NCBI GenBank assembly: GCA_041649835.1
Contig: JBAZML010000004.1
Location: 1 to 62,552 of the forward strand
Direction: 5' to 3'
Origin: Candidatus Shapirobacteria bacterium
GTDB taxonomy: Bacteria > Patescibacteriota > Microgenomatia > UBA12405
DNA length: 62,552 bases
Part shown: one piece after another, positions 18,002 to 28,400 of the stretch
Layout of the letters: each line of letters begins with the position of its first letter
Position numbering within the stretch: the stretch's first letter is position 1
Program-made: the position numbers and the translations under genes
Notes under the pieces: generated by a model
Told to the model about the DNA's origin: nothing
Databases searched by the model: none
Seen by the model: the letters and a program-made list of their open reading frames with translations, nothing else

Positions 18002-20290
18002 TTATTTTTTCTTTTCTTTTTTATCTTCTAGTCGTTTGTTTTCGGCCCAGACGATGATTTCACGGGTACGATCGATGGCGTCGGGTGAAACTGAAATAGA
18101 AGTGATTCCCCATTTAACTAATTTTTCCACTAAATCAGGATGGTTGCTTGGTGCTTGACCACAGATTCCAGCCATAATACCCCGTTTTTTTGCTTTAGTT
18201 ACAAGACGCTTTAGTGACCAAAGAACGGAGGGATCGAGTTCATTAAAGTCTTTGGCAATTTCACCATTGTCACGGTCGAGACCAAGAGTAAGCATAGTTA
18301 AGTCATTACTTCCAATAGAAATACCATCAATACCGACGTCAATAAATTTGTCGAGCATGATGACATTAGTAGGAATTTCTGCCATCATAAAAAGTTTAAA
18401 ACTTGGACTGCGTAATAGTCCGGCGTCAGTAACGATTTTTTTTACTTTAATTAATTCTTCAGGGGAACGACAGAAAGGAATCATCAACCAGAGATTTTTA
18501 AGGTTATATTTATTTCTAATCATCTTTATGGCTTCCAGTTCCATATTAAAGACGTCAGGAGAGTTAATATAACGGAGAGCACCTCTAAAACCTAATAAGG
18601 GATTTGGTTCTTCCGGTTCATATAATTTTCCCCATTTTAGATAGCGGTACTCATTGGTTTTAAAATCGGTGGCCCGATAAATAACTGGACGGGGATTAAA
18701 GTTTTTACAAAAATCAGCCATACCTGCGGCTAATCTTTCAATATATTCTTTTTGTCTTCCCTCTTGAATCATTCGTTTGGGATGAACTCCAATATTGGCA
18801 ATCATGAATTCGGCTCGAAGTAAACCAATACCATCAACATTTCTTTTACTAATTTCTTTAGCTAATTCCGGTTCGCCTAGATTGACATAGAGTTTAGTCG
18901 CTGTTTTTTGAAGAGTGTGAACAACTTTTTTAACAACCAAGCCGGAGCTTTGATCACCACTATATATTTTTCCGGTAGTACCATCAACGGTGATAATATC
19001 CCCTTCCTTTATAAGTTTTGTGGCCTTACCAGTACCAACAATACAAGGGACACCTAATTCACGACTAACAATGGCAGCATGAGAAGTTTGACCACCTTTG
19101 TCAGTAATAATTCCGTTTACTTTTTTCATGGCGGGGACAAAGTCGGGAGTGGTCATTTCGGTAATTAAAATTTGACCTTTGGTAACGCGATTTATTTCTT
19201 TTGGACTTTTGATAATGACAGCAACACCAGAAGCAGAACCAGGACTGGCAGGTTCTCCGGTTAAAATGGGTACGAGATTAACATCTATTTTTGTTTGTTC
19301 GTTGATATTTTTTTGACTAACGTCAACAGTGGTAATAGGTCTGGTCTGAACAAAATAGAGTTTATTTTTTTCAATAGCAAATTCAATGTCTTGAGCTTTA
19401 CCGTAATGGTTGTGAAGTTTTTGGGCTAATTTAGCAACTTTTATGGCCATTGAGTCATCAATTTTTGCCTTATTTTGCTTATATTTAGGAACTTCTAATT
19501 CTTTGTTTCCTTCTTTAAAACGAACCAATTGGACATCTTGGTGAACGTGGTTTTTATATTTAATTTCCCAATTGCTTTTGTCGATGAGATGTTGATCAGG
19601 GGTGACCATGCCTTGGACGATATATTCACCCAAACCCCAGATGGTTTCAACTACAATTTCGTTTTTATTATTGGAAACAGGGTTTAAAGTAAAAGCGATA
19701 CCGGAAATTTCACTTTGGACCATTTTTTGGACTGGAACAGCAACTCCGATTTTAAAATGATCATAATGTTTTTTTACCTGGTAAAAGAGGGAACGGGAGG
19801 TGAAGAGACTGGACCAACAATTACGGACTTGGGAAACAACATTACTTGCACCCATAACATTAAGAAAAGTGTCACCTTGACCGGCAAAAGAGGCGTCAGC
19901 ACTATCTTCAGCAGTAGCTGAGGTACGAACAGCAACAGGAACATCTTTTAGACCTCCAAACGAACATAGTTTTTTATAGGCGACCATAATTTCTTGAGCC
20001 ATGTCTTGAGGAATTGGAGACGAGCGAACTAATTTTCTGATTGAAGCCGATGCTTGAGATAATTGTTCAGGATTGTCGACATCAGTAACATCGAGGATAG
20101 CTTTGATTCTTGGTTTAAGATTATTAGCTTCAATAAATCTAAAATAAGCTTCGGCAGTAACACAGTATCCATTTGGAACTGGGATACCTAAGTTATACAT
20201 TTCACCTAAGTTAGCGCCCTTTCCACCGACAACATTAACGTCGGTAAAGTGGATATCTTTGAACCATAATAGAGAAGGAACTTTTTTCAT
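18002..20290 (-). CDS. ppsA: Phosphoenolpyruvate synthase
   Basis: VGGKGANLGEM, AVRTSATAED, phospho-His motif GGQTSHAAIVSRE, GLLRAEF, SIGSNDLT. Confidence 0.96.
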   Translation of the reverse strand: MKKVPSLLWFKDIHFTDVNVVGGKGANLGEMYNLGIPVPNGYCVTAEAYFRFIEANNLKPRIKAILDVTDVDNPEQLSQASASIRKLVRSSPIPQDMAQEIMVAYKKLCSFGGLKDVPVAVRTSATAEDSADASFAGQGDTFLNVMGASNVVSQVRNCWSSLFTSRSLFYQVKKHYDHFKIGVAVPVQKMVQSEISGIAFTLNPVSNNKNEIVVETIWGLGEYIVQGMVTPDQHLIDKSNWEIKYKNHVHQDVQLVRFKEGNKELEVPKYKQNKAKIDDSMAIKVAKLAQKLHNHYGKAQDIEFAIEKNKLYFVQTRPITTVDVSQKNINEQTKIDVNLVPILTGEPASPGSASGVAVIIKSPKEINRVTKGQILITEMTTPDFVPAMKKVNGIITDKGGQTSHAAIVSRELGVPCIVGTGKATKLIKEGDIITVDGTTGKIYSGDQSSGLVVKKVVHTLQKTATKLYVNLGEPELAKEISKRNVDGIGLLRAEFMIANIGVHPKRMIQEGRQKEYIERLAAGMADFCKNFNPRPVIYRATDFKTNEYRYLKWGKLYEPEEPNPLLGFRGALRYINSPDVFNMELEAIKMIRNKYNLKNLWLMIPFCRSPEELIKVKKIVTDAGLLRSPSFKLFMMAEIPTNVIMLDKFIDVGIDGISIGSNDLTMLTLGLDRDNGEIAKDFNELDPSVLWSLKRLVTKAKKRGIMAGICGQAPSNHPDLVEKLVKWGITSISVSPDAIDRTREIIVWAENKRLEDKKEKKK

Positions 20291-20688
20291 TTTTGACTCC
20301 AGCCCCGATTAGGGGAATTTCTAATAATTTCAGTTTCATCTAAGCGATTGGCATCGTCTTGTAAACGATAAGTAGTCCCCTTTTCTCCGGTGGAGGCTTC
20401 AAAAAGTCTGCAATCGGTGATGGCTTGGAAACGATGGATGGTATTCGGGGTAATGGTATATCCGTTATTGGCAATCATTTTTTCGGTAACCAAGTTGTCT
20501 TTATCTTGTCCCCAAATAATGTTGGCTTCACCAGAAAAAAGGCATAAAGTTTCAAGCTTTTCGTCGTGATATTGAAGTGAGAGGCGTTTACCGGCGTTAA
20601 TCTCTAAAATTTTGGCAGTATAGGGTAATTCGGGAGTGGTGAGTATAATTTCACGACCCCAGGGTTTATCAACAATTTGGGCAGTCAT
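20287..20688 (-). CDS. Cupin-domain protein (mannose-6-phosphate isomerase type II-like)
   Basis: KPWG, RLSLQYH..K.ET, PNTIHRF. Confidence 0.85.
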   Translation of the reverse strand: MTAQIVDKPWGREIILTTPELPYTAKILEINAGKRLSLQYHDEKLETLCLFSGEANIIWGQDKDNLVTEKMIANNGYTITPNTIHRFQAITDCRLFEASTGEKGTTYRLQDDANRLDETEIIRNSPNRGWSQK

Positions 20689-20714
20689 ATGAAAAATAAT
20701 AGCAGAAATTCAGT

Positions 20715-21338
20715 TTAAGAGTCGAGGAGGGAAAAAATTATTTTCTCGATAGCAACTTCTTTTGGCTCATACAGAGTGCCACTTTTAGAATTTTTATCTA
20801 ATTCAATTAAATCAAGATAAGCTTTTTTAAGATTACTTTCAGAAAATTTGGAATAGGTGGTTAATTGACGTCTAAGTGTATTTTTGAACCAAAATAAGGC
20901 TAATTCTAATGGAAAGGAAATCATAAGTTGTTGGTATTTTTTAGAAAAATCGACTTTATTTTTGGGTCGAATGGCATTGAGACAAGTAAAGAGAAGTTCC
21001 GGAAGGGCAAATACTTCAATTTTCGCTTGGGGAAATAATTTTAATTTTGCTGCCTCGATTTTTTTGTCTTGCCAAAATATATAGTCAAAATCGGGATGAG
21101 AATTAATTAATTTAACTATTTTGTCTAATGAAGGTTTAAGAAGAGAGAAGGGATTATCTAAAATAATTACTTTTGTTTCGGAAAAAAGTGAGGGAGTATT
21201 TAAAAAATTATCTAATGAATCGGGGTCAATATTTTTGCCACTTTGATGGAACTTTTCGTGTTTGTCATACTTGTTTATTACTTGAGAAAAGGCGGTATAG
21301 CTTTGAGCATTATGGTCCCCATGGAAAATATAGATCAC
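20715..21338 (-). CDS. Short DNA polymerase III delta (HolA)-like protein
   Basis: MIYIFHGD start, FLNTPSLFSETKVIIL, C-terminal YLDLIELDKNSKSG helix. Confidence 0.7.
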   Translation of the reverse strand: MIYIFHGDHNAQSYTAFSQVINKYDKHEKFHQSGKNIDPDSLDNFLNTPSLFSETKVIILDNPFSLLKPSLDKIVKLINSHPDFDYIFWQDKKIEAAKLKLFPQAKIEVFALPELLFTCLNAIRPKNKVDFSKKYQQLMISFPLELALFWFKNTLRRQLTTYSKFSESNLKKAYLDLIELDKNSKSGTLYEPKEVAIEKIIFSLLDS

Positions 21339-21396
21339 AAGTGAATTTACTATATAAATGATTAAATATCCATTTTAAGTAGTATTATTGTAACCA

Positions 21397-21864
21397 ATGG
21401 GAGAATTTATTAGTCGAATAGAACCGTTAAATTTTAAAATAAAAGTTATGACGACTTCTTCGGGTGAGGTAACTATGATTGGTAATAGTGGTCTTCATTT
21501 CATAAATAATGAAAATAGTTAGACATGGCATTATCAACCGGACGGAAATTCAGGACCGGTTGATGAAAAAAGGTCGGAATATGACACGATATTTTTAGCG
21601 GCCTTTGGTGAGTATATAAAGTGTTGGAAGAAATTTGATACTTCAAAAAGGGAAAAACCGGATTTAATTCAAAGTATAACCAACCCGAAAATGGCTAATT
21701 TTATAATCAAAGAATTTAATGAGGGCATCTGGACAACCCGAGGGAATTTTTGCAATGTCTGTTTTGATATACCAGTTATTGAAAAAAACAAACCCTTGTT
21801 GGAAAAATTTTCCAAAGCGAGAGAAAGTTCTATGAGACAAGGGTTTCAAATGATCGTTAAATAG
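21397..21864 (+). pseudogene. 155-codon hypothetical ORF interrupted by an in-frame TAG at codon 42 (21520-21522)
   Basis: Manual translation MGEFISRIEP...NENS*TWHYQPDG...QMIVK*. It fills the otherwise empty gap between holA-like and tRNA-Glu; not in ORF track. Confidence 0.6.
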
Positions 21865-21934
21865 TTTTTCTGTAAATGTATAGATAGTAGTGTGGTTTAT
21901 GATAAAATACTCACTGTTTCAATAAGGCTAAAAC

Positions 21935-22011
21935 GGCTCCATCGTCTAGTGGCCTAGGACTCCTGGCTTTCATCCAGGCAATCGTGGGTTCGACTCCCAC
22001 TGGAGTCACCA
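21935..22011 (+). tRNA. tRNA-Glu(TTC), CCA encoded
   Basis: Anticodon arm CCTGG-CTTTCAT-CCAGG; ends TGGAGTC-A-CCA. Confidence 0.95.
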
Positions 22012-22021
22012 GTGATTTTGT

Positions 22022-23803
22022 TTATGCTTTCTGATATCCCTCGGCTTGAAGATTAAATGATTTAGCATACATACCTTTTAAATCCACTAGTTCTTGATGA
22101 GTCCCCTGCTCGACAATTTTTCCCTTATCAATAACAATAATACGTTTAGCATTTCGGACAGTGGAGAAACGATGAGAGACAATTATCAGAGTTTTATTTT
22201 TTATGGTTTTATAAAGACGGCTAAAAATTTTACTTTCGGAGACGGCATCTATAGAAGCGGTTGGTTCGTCAAGAATTACTATGGGGCTATTTCGATAAAA
22301 GACCCTGGCAATGGCAATTTTTTGCATTTGCCCCCAGGATGGTTCTTCGCCACCATAGCGATGACTCATAGGAGTATTTAGACTGTTTTTATATTTATTA
22401 ATAAATTGAGCATCGGCTTTCTTTAAGGCATTTAAAATTTTTGTGTCATTTTCTATGATTTTTGGGTTACCAATACTGACATTTTCTCTAAGGCTTAAAT
22501 TATGATAATGATTAAATTCCTGAGCTAAATACGAAAGTTGTGAATACCAATTTTCTAGTTTTATGTCCCGTAGATCAACACCGTTTATTAATATTTTTCC
22601 GGAATTTGGTTCATAAAAATGACATATTAGTTTTATGAGAGTACTCTTACCGGCACCATTTTGGCCTACAACAGCTATTTCTTCGCTAGTGTCGATACTA
22701 AGATTTAAATTTTCATAAACATAACGTTTTGAACCAGGGTATTTAAAAGAGACGTTAACAAATTCAATTTTAGGGGGAAGTGGTTGTTTGATATTTTTTT
22801 TGCCACCGGTAATGATGTTTTTAAGATCGATTACCTCTCGAAAATTACCGACATGATAGGTGTTTTCAGTAATACTGACTGAGCTATAGACCAAACCCCG
22901 AAAAAAATCTGATGTTTGTTGAATGGTTTGAAAAAAGAAGGTAAATAGACCGATAGTTAAGAGGTTGTTTTGGGCATCTGAAATAAGAGTGAATAAACAG
23001 GTGGCGCTAATGGATACTGAAAGAATGATTAATCCCAATTCGCTTGGAGTTTGATTTATCCTAATTTTAACCCTGTTGTTGGTAAAAAAATCAAAGGCAT
23101 CTTTATATTTTTTAAAGAGATAATCGATAGCGTTGTTGATTCTTAATTCAGATATATAATTTTTACTGCGGAGTTGATAATTTAAGTCCCACATCATTTT
23201 ATTTTTGTCACTATTTGATTCACGCAATTGCCAATCTTTTTGGATCCAATATCTTTCAATTAAATATTGCGGTATTTGCGATAGAAAAATTAAAAGCCAA
23301 AGGTAAGGATATCGAGGCAAGATAATGACAGTAACGGCAACCAAACTAATAAAATTACTAAATATATTGCTGATATCTTGGACAGTTTGACGAATGCGCC
23401 AACCAAATTCTTCATCAACTTTGGAAATAAGATTTCCGGTTTTTTTACCTTCCAAATGTTGATAATCGAGCCGAGAAACTTTATCGATAAACATGGTGCG
23501 AAGTTGACCTTGAAGTTTGGTGTCGAGAATTCGACTGAGTTGAGTTTGAAAAAAGAAAAAAATAGAACTAAGGACGATAAAAATTACAAAAATTGTGAAA
23601 ATTTTAAATAAGTTATCGGATTGTCGATAAACAATGATGTCTAAAAGTTGAGAAAATAATTTATTTCGAATAAATGGTGTTCCGGCAGCCAATATTTGAA
23701 AACAAAAAACCAGGCTAAAAATTAAGGGATTGAACTTATAAATTAATTTTATAGTCCACAGAGTATTTCTAATGATGTTTTTTAGCGACTTTGATTCTTT
23801 CAC
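22022..23803 (-). CDS. ABC exporter, fused permease/ATPase
   Basis: N-terminal TM domain; Walker A GQNGAGKS; PSWGQMQ signature variant; ILDEPT. Confidence 0.93.
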   Translation of the reverse strand: MKESKSLKNIIRNTLWTIKLIYKFNPLIFSLVFCFQILAAGTPFIRNKLFSQLLDIIVYRQSDNLFKIFTIFVIFIVLSSIFFFFQTQLSRILDTKLQGQLRTMFIDKVSRLDYQHLEGKKTGNLISKVDEEFGWRIRQTVQDISNIFSNFISLVAVTVIILPRYPYLWLLIFLSQIPQYLIERYWIQKDWQLRESNSDKNKMMWDLNYQLRSKNYISELRINNAIDYLFKKYKDAFDFFTNNRVKIRINQTPSELGLIILSVSISATCLFTLISDAQNNLLTIGLFTFFFQTIQQTSDFFRGLVYSSVSITENTYHVGNFREVIDLKNIITGGKKNIKQPLPPKIEFVNVSFKYPGSKRYVYENLNLSIDTSEEIAVVGQNGAGKSTLIKLICHFYEPNSGKILINGVDLRDIKLENWYSQLSYLAQEFNHYHNLSLRENVSIGNPKIIENDTKILNALKKADAQFINKYKNSLNTPMSHRYGGEEPSWGQMQKIAIARVFYRNSPIVILDEPTASIDAVSESKIFSRLYKTIKNKTLIIVSHRFSTVRNAKRIIVIDKGKIVEQGTHQELVDLKGMYAKSFNLQAEGYQKA

Positions 23804-24401
23804 GTCTATTTAATAGTAAACCTGTGAAAATGAAAATAATACTGATTAGTTGGGCGATTTTAAAATTATTTATGGTCCAGGTATCATTTCTAAAAAATTC
23901 GATAAAGAAACGGATAGTTCCATAACCAATTAGATATAGTGAAGTTGGTGTGTAGTTGACTAATTTTTTAGATCTAATGATAAAAAATAAAATTAAGTTT
24001 AAAGATGCTTCGAGCCACCAGGTAGGAATCTCATGATTAAAAAAGTTGCCGAATCTGCCTATTGCTTGGCATAATGGTAATACAGATGTAATTGAATCTA
24101 AGATTTTTAGAAAAGAGATTCGATGGATTAAAGAGAATAAATATATATATATTCCTATAGCAATTATGGCGCCATAAATGGCTAGTCCTCCGTGCCATGT
24201 TTGGATAATCAAAGATGGGTTATGTTGATAGAATGACCACTGATCAATGACATGATAAATTCTGGCACCAAAAACACCAGAAACTAACAGACCAAATAAA
24301 AAAATATTTTCTAATTTTTTGGGGATAATATGATTATTTTTGGAAAAATAATCGATACCAATGACACAAGCAATACCAATAATTAAACCATAAAGATTCA
24401 C
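23769..24401 (-). CDS. lgt: Prolipoprotein diacylglyceryl transferase
   Basis: YGLI, GARIYHV, GGLAIYG, QAIGRFGNFFNHE, RFFIEFFR. Confidence 0.9.
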   Translation of the reverse strand: MNLYGLIIGIACVIGIDYFSKNNHIIPKKLENIFLFGLLVSGVFGARIYHVIDQWSFYQHNPSLIIQTWHGGLAIYGAIIAIGIYIYLFSLIHRISFLKILDSITSVLPLCQAIGRFGNFFNHEIPTWWLEASLNLILFFIIRSKKLVNYTPTSLYLIGYGTIRFFIEFFRNDTWTINNFKIAQLISIIFIFTGLLLNRRERIKVAKKHH

Positions 24402-24405
24402 GCGG

Positions 24406-24477
24406 TGGGCCCTGCGAGGATCGGACTCGCGACCAATTGCTTAAAAGGCAACTGCTCTACCACTGAGCTAAGGACCC
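24406..24477 (-). tRNA. tRNA-Lys(TTT), T-loop TCCGATC
   Basis: Anticodon loop CTTTTAA; T-arm GCGAG-TCCGATC-CTCGC. Confidence 0.93.
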
Positions 24478-24552
24478 AAATTGTCAAAATTGTGCAATGT
24501 TTTTGGTAATTATGACTAATGTCGACAAATCGACACTGCTTACTACCTCTGT

Positions 24553-24864
24553 TTAAATACTTCTTGAACGAGGTTCGCGTAAGAAATATAGTTTGGCACG
24601 GTGAAGAAGACGTTTGGGACTTCTAAGTTTCTTAACAGACTCAATCCAAGGAGAATTCAATGGAAAGATACGTTCAACTCTTACGCCATCAGTGGCATTT
24701 TTGGAAACTAAGAAATTTTTGTTGTCACCCAATCCGGTGATGGATAGAATGATACCGTCGAAGGCCTGAAGTCTTTCTTTATCTTTTTCCTTAATTTTGT
24801 AGTTAACTTTGACAGTATCCCCAATATGGAATTCTGTATCTTGGTGCATGAATTTGATGGCCAT
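24553..24864 (-). CDS. rplS: 50S ribosomal protein L19
   Basis: GDTVKV..KIKE..KERLQAFDG, VERIFP, RAKLYFLR. Confidence 0.95.
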   Translation of the reverse strand: MAIKFMHQDTEFHIGDTVKVNYKIKEKDKERLQAFDGIILSITGLGDNKNFLVSKNATDGVRVERIFPLNSPWIESVKKLRSPKRLLHRAKLYFLREPRSRSI

Positions 24865-24963
24865 AATTTTTTTATTAAAATTTTAGTAGAAACTTTGGTA
24901 TTTTATATTAATCTTGCCAATGAATCAATATACAGGAAGTATTTTTATATGTAATTTGACCCC

Positions 24964-24994
24964 TTGTAATATATGTCACTATATCATATGATAT
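24964..24994 (+). promoter_or_regulatory. Sigma70 promoter overlapped by a perfect 14-bp palindrome
   Basis: TTGTAA (24964-69)-17 nt-TATGAT (24987-92); ATATCATATGATAT at 24981-24994. Confidence 0.55.
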
Positions 24995-25052
24995 TCTTGC
25001 GTAGTAAAACAAATAACTATGAAGCATATCAAATACATACAGTTTGATGCAG

Positions 25053-25075
25053 AACCGCCCACGGGCGGTTTTTTT
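25053..25075 (+). terminator. Intrinsic terminator 1 in leader region
   Basis: AACCGCCC-ac-GGGCGGTT plus T tract. Confidence 0.75.
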
Positions 25076-25089
25076 GTAGATTTTTTACT

Positions 25090-25115
25090 AATCCCCATTG
25101 TTGGGGATTTTTTTT
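25090..25115 (+). terminator. Intrinsic terminator 2 in leader region
   Basis: AATCCCC-attgtt-GGGGATT plus T tract. Confidence 0.75.
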
Positions 25116-25160
25116 ATCACATATTTATAAATTTATATATTAGGAGGTGAAATAAAAAAT

Positions 25161-25439
25161 ATGCCAGAGATAAATACTTATAACGGAGTGGTCAAATATA
25201 GCGAAGGAGAAAGAATAAAATCGACAGATGAATTGTTGGCCGGTAGTACTGTGGTGGGAGGTATGGGGCTGGGCTTTGAACGGAAACCAAAGGCAACAGA
25301 TCTTAGTCCTGTAAAGCCGAAAAGGGCTTATGATGCTGAAGGTAACGAAATAGTAGTAAGAATGGTAATGGACTATCCGTTGAATAAATTTCCTCAGGTC
25401 CGACGAGAGTCGATGCCTTTTTTGACCCCGGTTCTTTAG
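25161..25439 (+). CDS. Small hypothetical protein with strong Shine-Dalgarno
   Basis: 92-aa ORF preceded by AGGAGGTGA at 25142-25150. Confidence 0.7.
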   Translation: MPEINTYNGVVKYSEGERIKSTDELLAGSTVVGGMGLGFERKPKATDLSPVKPKRAYDAEGNEIVVRMVMDYPLNKFPQVRRESMPFLTPVL

Positions 25440-28400
25440 TTGACGGTTAAAATTCTATCTATCTCTTTCTGTAAAGATGGAGAATAGTTTACGCCGTAAG
25501 AAAGGGCTATCTGTTTGCCGTTTGGAAGAATAATCAAACCACGGTGACCGTTTTGGTGGCTTTTTAAAAGTTGATTTAGTTCCATTAATTGGCTTTGAGA
25601 AGTGCCATTGGGAACTTCAATAACAAAATCATATTTGATAATATTCTCGGGAAGTGTTTCAGAAAGCAGATCAATTAAAACAGACTTATTGTCATCTCGG
25701 ACAGAAATTTTACCCTCGATATATAGTCCCCTATTTTCTTCGATAATATTTTTATGTGTTTCGTAAGCTTGAGGGAAAATTACTCCTTCGATTTGACCGG
25801 TACCGTCATCAAGAGTTATGAAAGCCATGGCTGAATTATTTTTTTTGGTGTGAATTACTTTGAATTTATGAACAACAGCGGCAAATTTTACAGTATCATT
25901 GACATTTTTATTGAGGATTTCATCGATTTTTGATAGTGTGGCCTGTCGAAAAGGAGCTAAAATTTTACTGGTAGGATTTTCAGTAATGTAAACTCCCAAC
26001 AACATTTTTTCTAGAGATAATTTTTCCTTTTCCGGCATGGGGGCAACTTGAGGAAAGATATCTTGGGGAATGACGGTATTGGTGTCAGAATTATCGAAAA
26101 GACCAAATTGACCGGAGTTTTTTTTATCATTGAGTTTGCCACATTTATTTCGGATTTCGTCAAGGGCGGCAAGAATAGCGTTCCTTTCACCAAATTGATC
26201 AAAGGCACCAACTTTTATCAGACTTTCGAGGACTTTTTTATTAACTTTTTGACCATTTGCCCGAAGACAGAAATCGTTAAAGTTTTTATATAAACCATTT
26301 TCATCCCTTTCTTTGATAATTAAATCGATAGCAATGTCACCAACGTTTTTTATTGCTGATAAACCAACTCGGATTGACATTCCATCCAATGATTGATCAT
26401 TTTTTTCAAATTCAAAACCTTTGTGAGAGGTATTTATATCTGGAGGTGAAACAATTATTCCTAAATTCCGGCATTCTTCAATACCATCACTGACTTTTTC
26501 GATATCGTTGGCCTCTGCGGTCAGAAGAGCACACATATATTCCACTGGGTAATTGGCTTTCATATAAGCCGTTCGGTATGACAACATGCCATAGGAAGCG
26601 GCGTGTGCCTTGTTGAAACCATAACCCTGAAAAGGTACAAATAAATCCCAAATTTTTTCTGCCCCGGCTTTGGTCATGCCGGAATGTTCAATACAGCCGT
26701 TGACAAAAATTTCGTGTTGTAAGGCCATTTCTTCCGGTATTTTTTTACCGATTGCTTTTCTTAACTTGTCAACAGTAACCCAGTTGTAACCGGCAATTTC
26801 GATGGCCGTAAACAGAATGTCATCTTGATAGACCAGAACTCCATAAGTTTTTCCCAAGAAATTTTCCATATTAGGATGGAGATATTCGACGGGTTTACGG
26901 CCAAATTTACGGTCGATGTAGGCAGAAATGTTATCCATTGGACCCGGACGGTAGAGAGCAACCATAACCATCAGATCTTCAACCCGGTTTGGCTTTAATT
27001 CTTTTAGCCATTTAGTCATACCATCGCTGCCTAATTGAAAAACTCCCATGGTATTTCCTTTTGACAACATTTCAAAAGTTTTGGCATCATCGAGAGGTAA
27101 TTTTCTAAGATTAATGTCGATTCCCCTGGTTTTTTTGACATTTAAAATTGATTGACCCAAAAATGACAAATTGCGAATACCGAGAATGTCGTATTTGATT
27201 AAACCCACATCTTCAGCAGCATGCATTTCATATTGGGTGATTATTTTATCACCGCCACTTTCGATTTGAGTTGGAGAAAAATCATTGACTATTGAAGGTG
27301 AAATGACGATAGCACAGGCGTGAACTGAAATATGTCGGGCACAGCCTTCAATCTGTTTGGCGGTATTGATAATTTTTTTGGCATCTGCGTCAGTGTCAAA
27401 AAGTTGCATTAAATCTGGGGTGATTTCTAGGGCTTTATCAATTGACATAGGAAAGCCTTGCTTTCCCATAGGTATTAATTTTGAGATTCGATCACCAATG
27501 GAATATTCATATCCAAGAGCTCTGGCGGTATCGCGGACTGCTCCTCGAGCCATCATTCGGCCAAAGGTACAGATTTGAGCCATAGCGTTTTTCCCGTATT
27601 GATCGCTGATATGATAGAGCATTTCTTGCCGTTTATCGTCAGCTATGTCAAGGTCAATATCAGGAGGCGAGGGCCGGTCACGATTTAAAAATCTTTCAAA
27701 AGGTAATTGATATCTAATTGGATCGACAGAAACAATTCCGAGAACGAAGGAAACGAGAGAACCGCCGGCGGAACCCCTGGTGTTGGTGGCAACATGATTT
27801 TCTTCACACCACTTAATGAAATCTCTCATAATTAAAAAATAACCGGCAAAACCTTTGGAACAAATAATTTCTAATTCAAAATCGAGGCGGTCTTTTGTTT
27901 CTTGAGAAATGGTGCCATAAAAATCTTTTGCTTGTTGATAGGTAAATTCACGAAGCTGATCTTCTGGAGTGACGCCCTTGGGTAATTTAAATTTGGGAAA
28001 ATACCATTTTCCCAATTCAATAGAAACATTACATTTATCGGCAATTTTTTGAGTATTTTCTATGGCATCAGGAAAATCTGAAAATTGTTCGGACATTTCC
28101 TCGGGACTTTTAACATAAAAATCTGGAGTATTGGCCATACTCATCCGATTGGGGGTATTGATATTAGTTTGAGTATTGATCATAACCAGGACATCCTGAG
28201 CAAAAGCATCTTCCTTATAAAGATAATGACAATCATTGGTGGCAACTAAGGGAATGCCTAATTCACGGCTAATTTTTATAAGTCCTTCATTAGCTTTGTC
28301 TTGATCACTGAGTCCGGGATGCCTTTGAATTTCTAAATAATAATCATCACCAAACAATTTTTGATATTTTTTGGCAACATTTTTGGCCTTGTCATATTCG

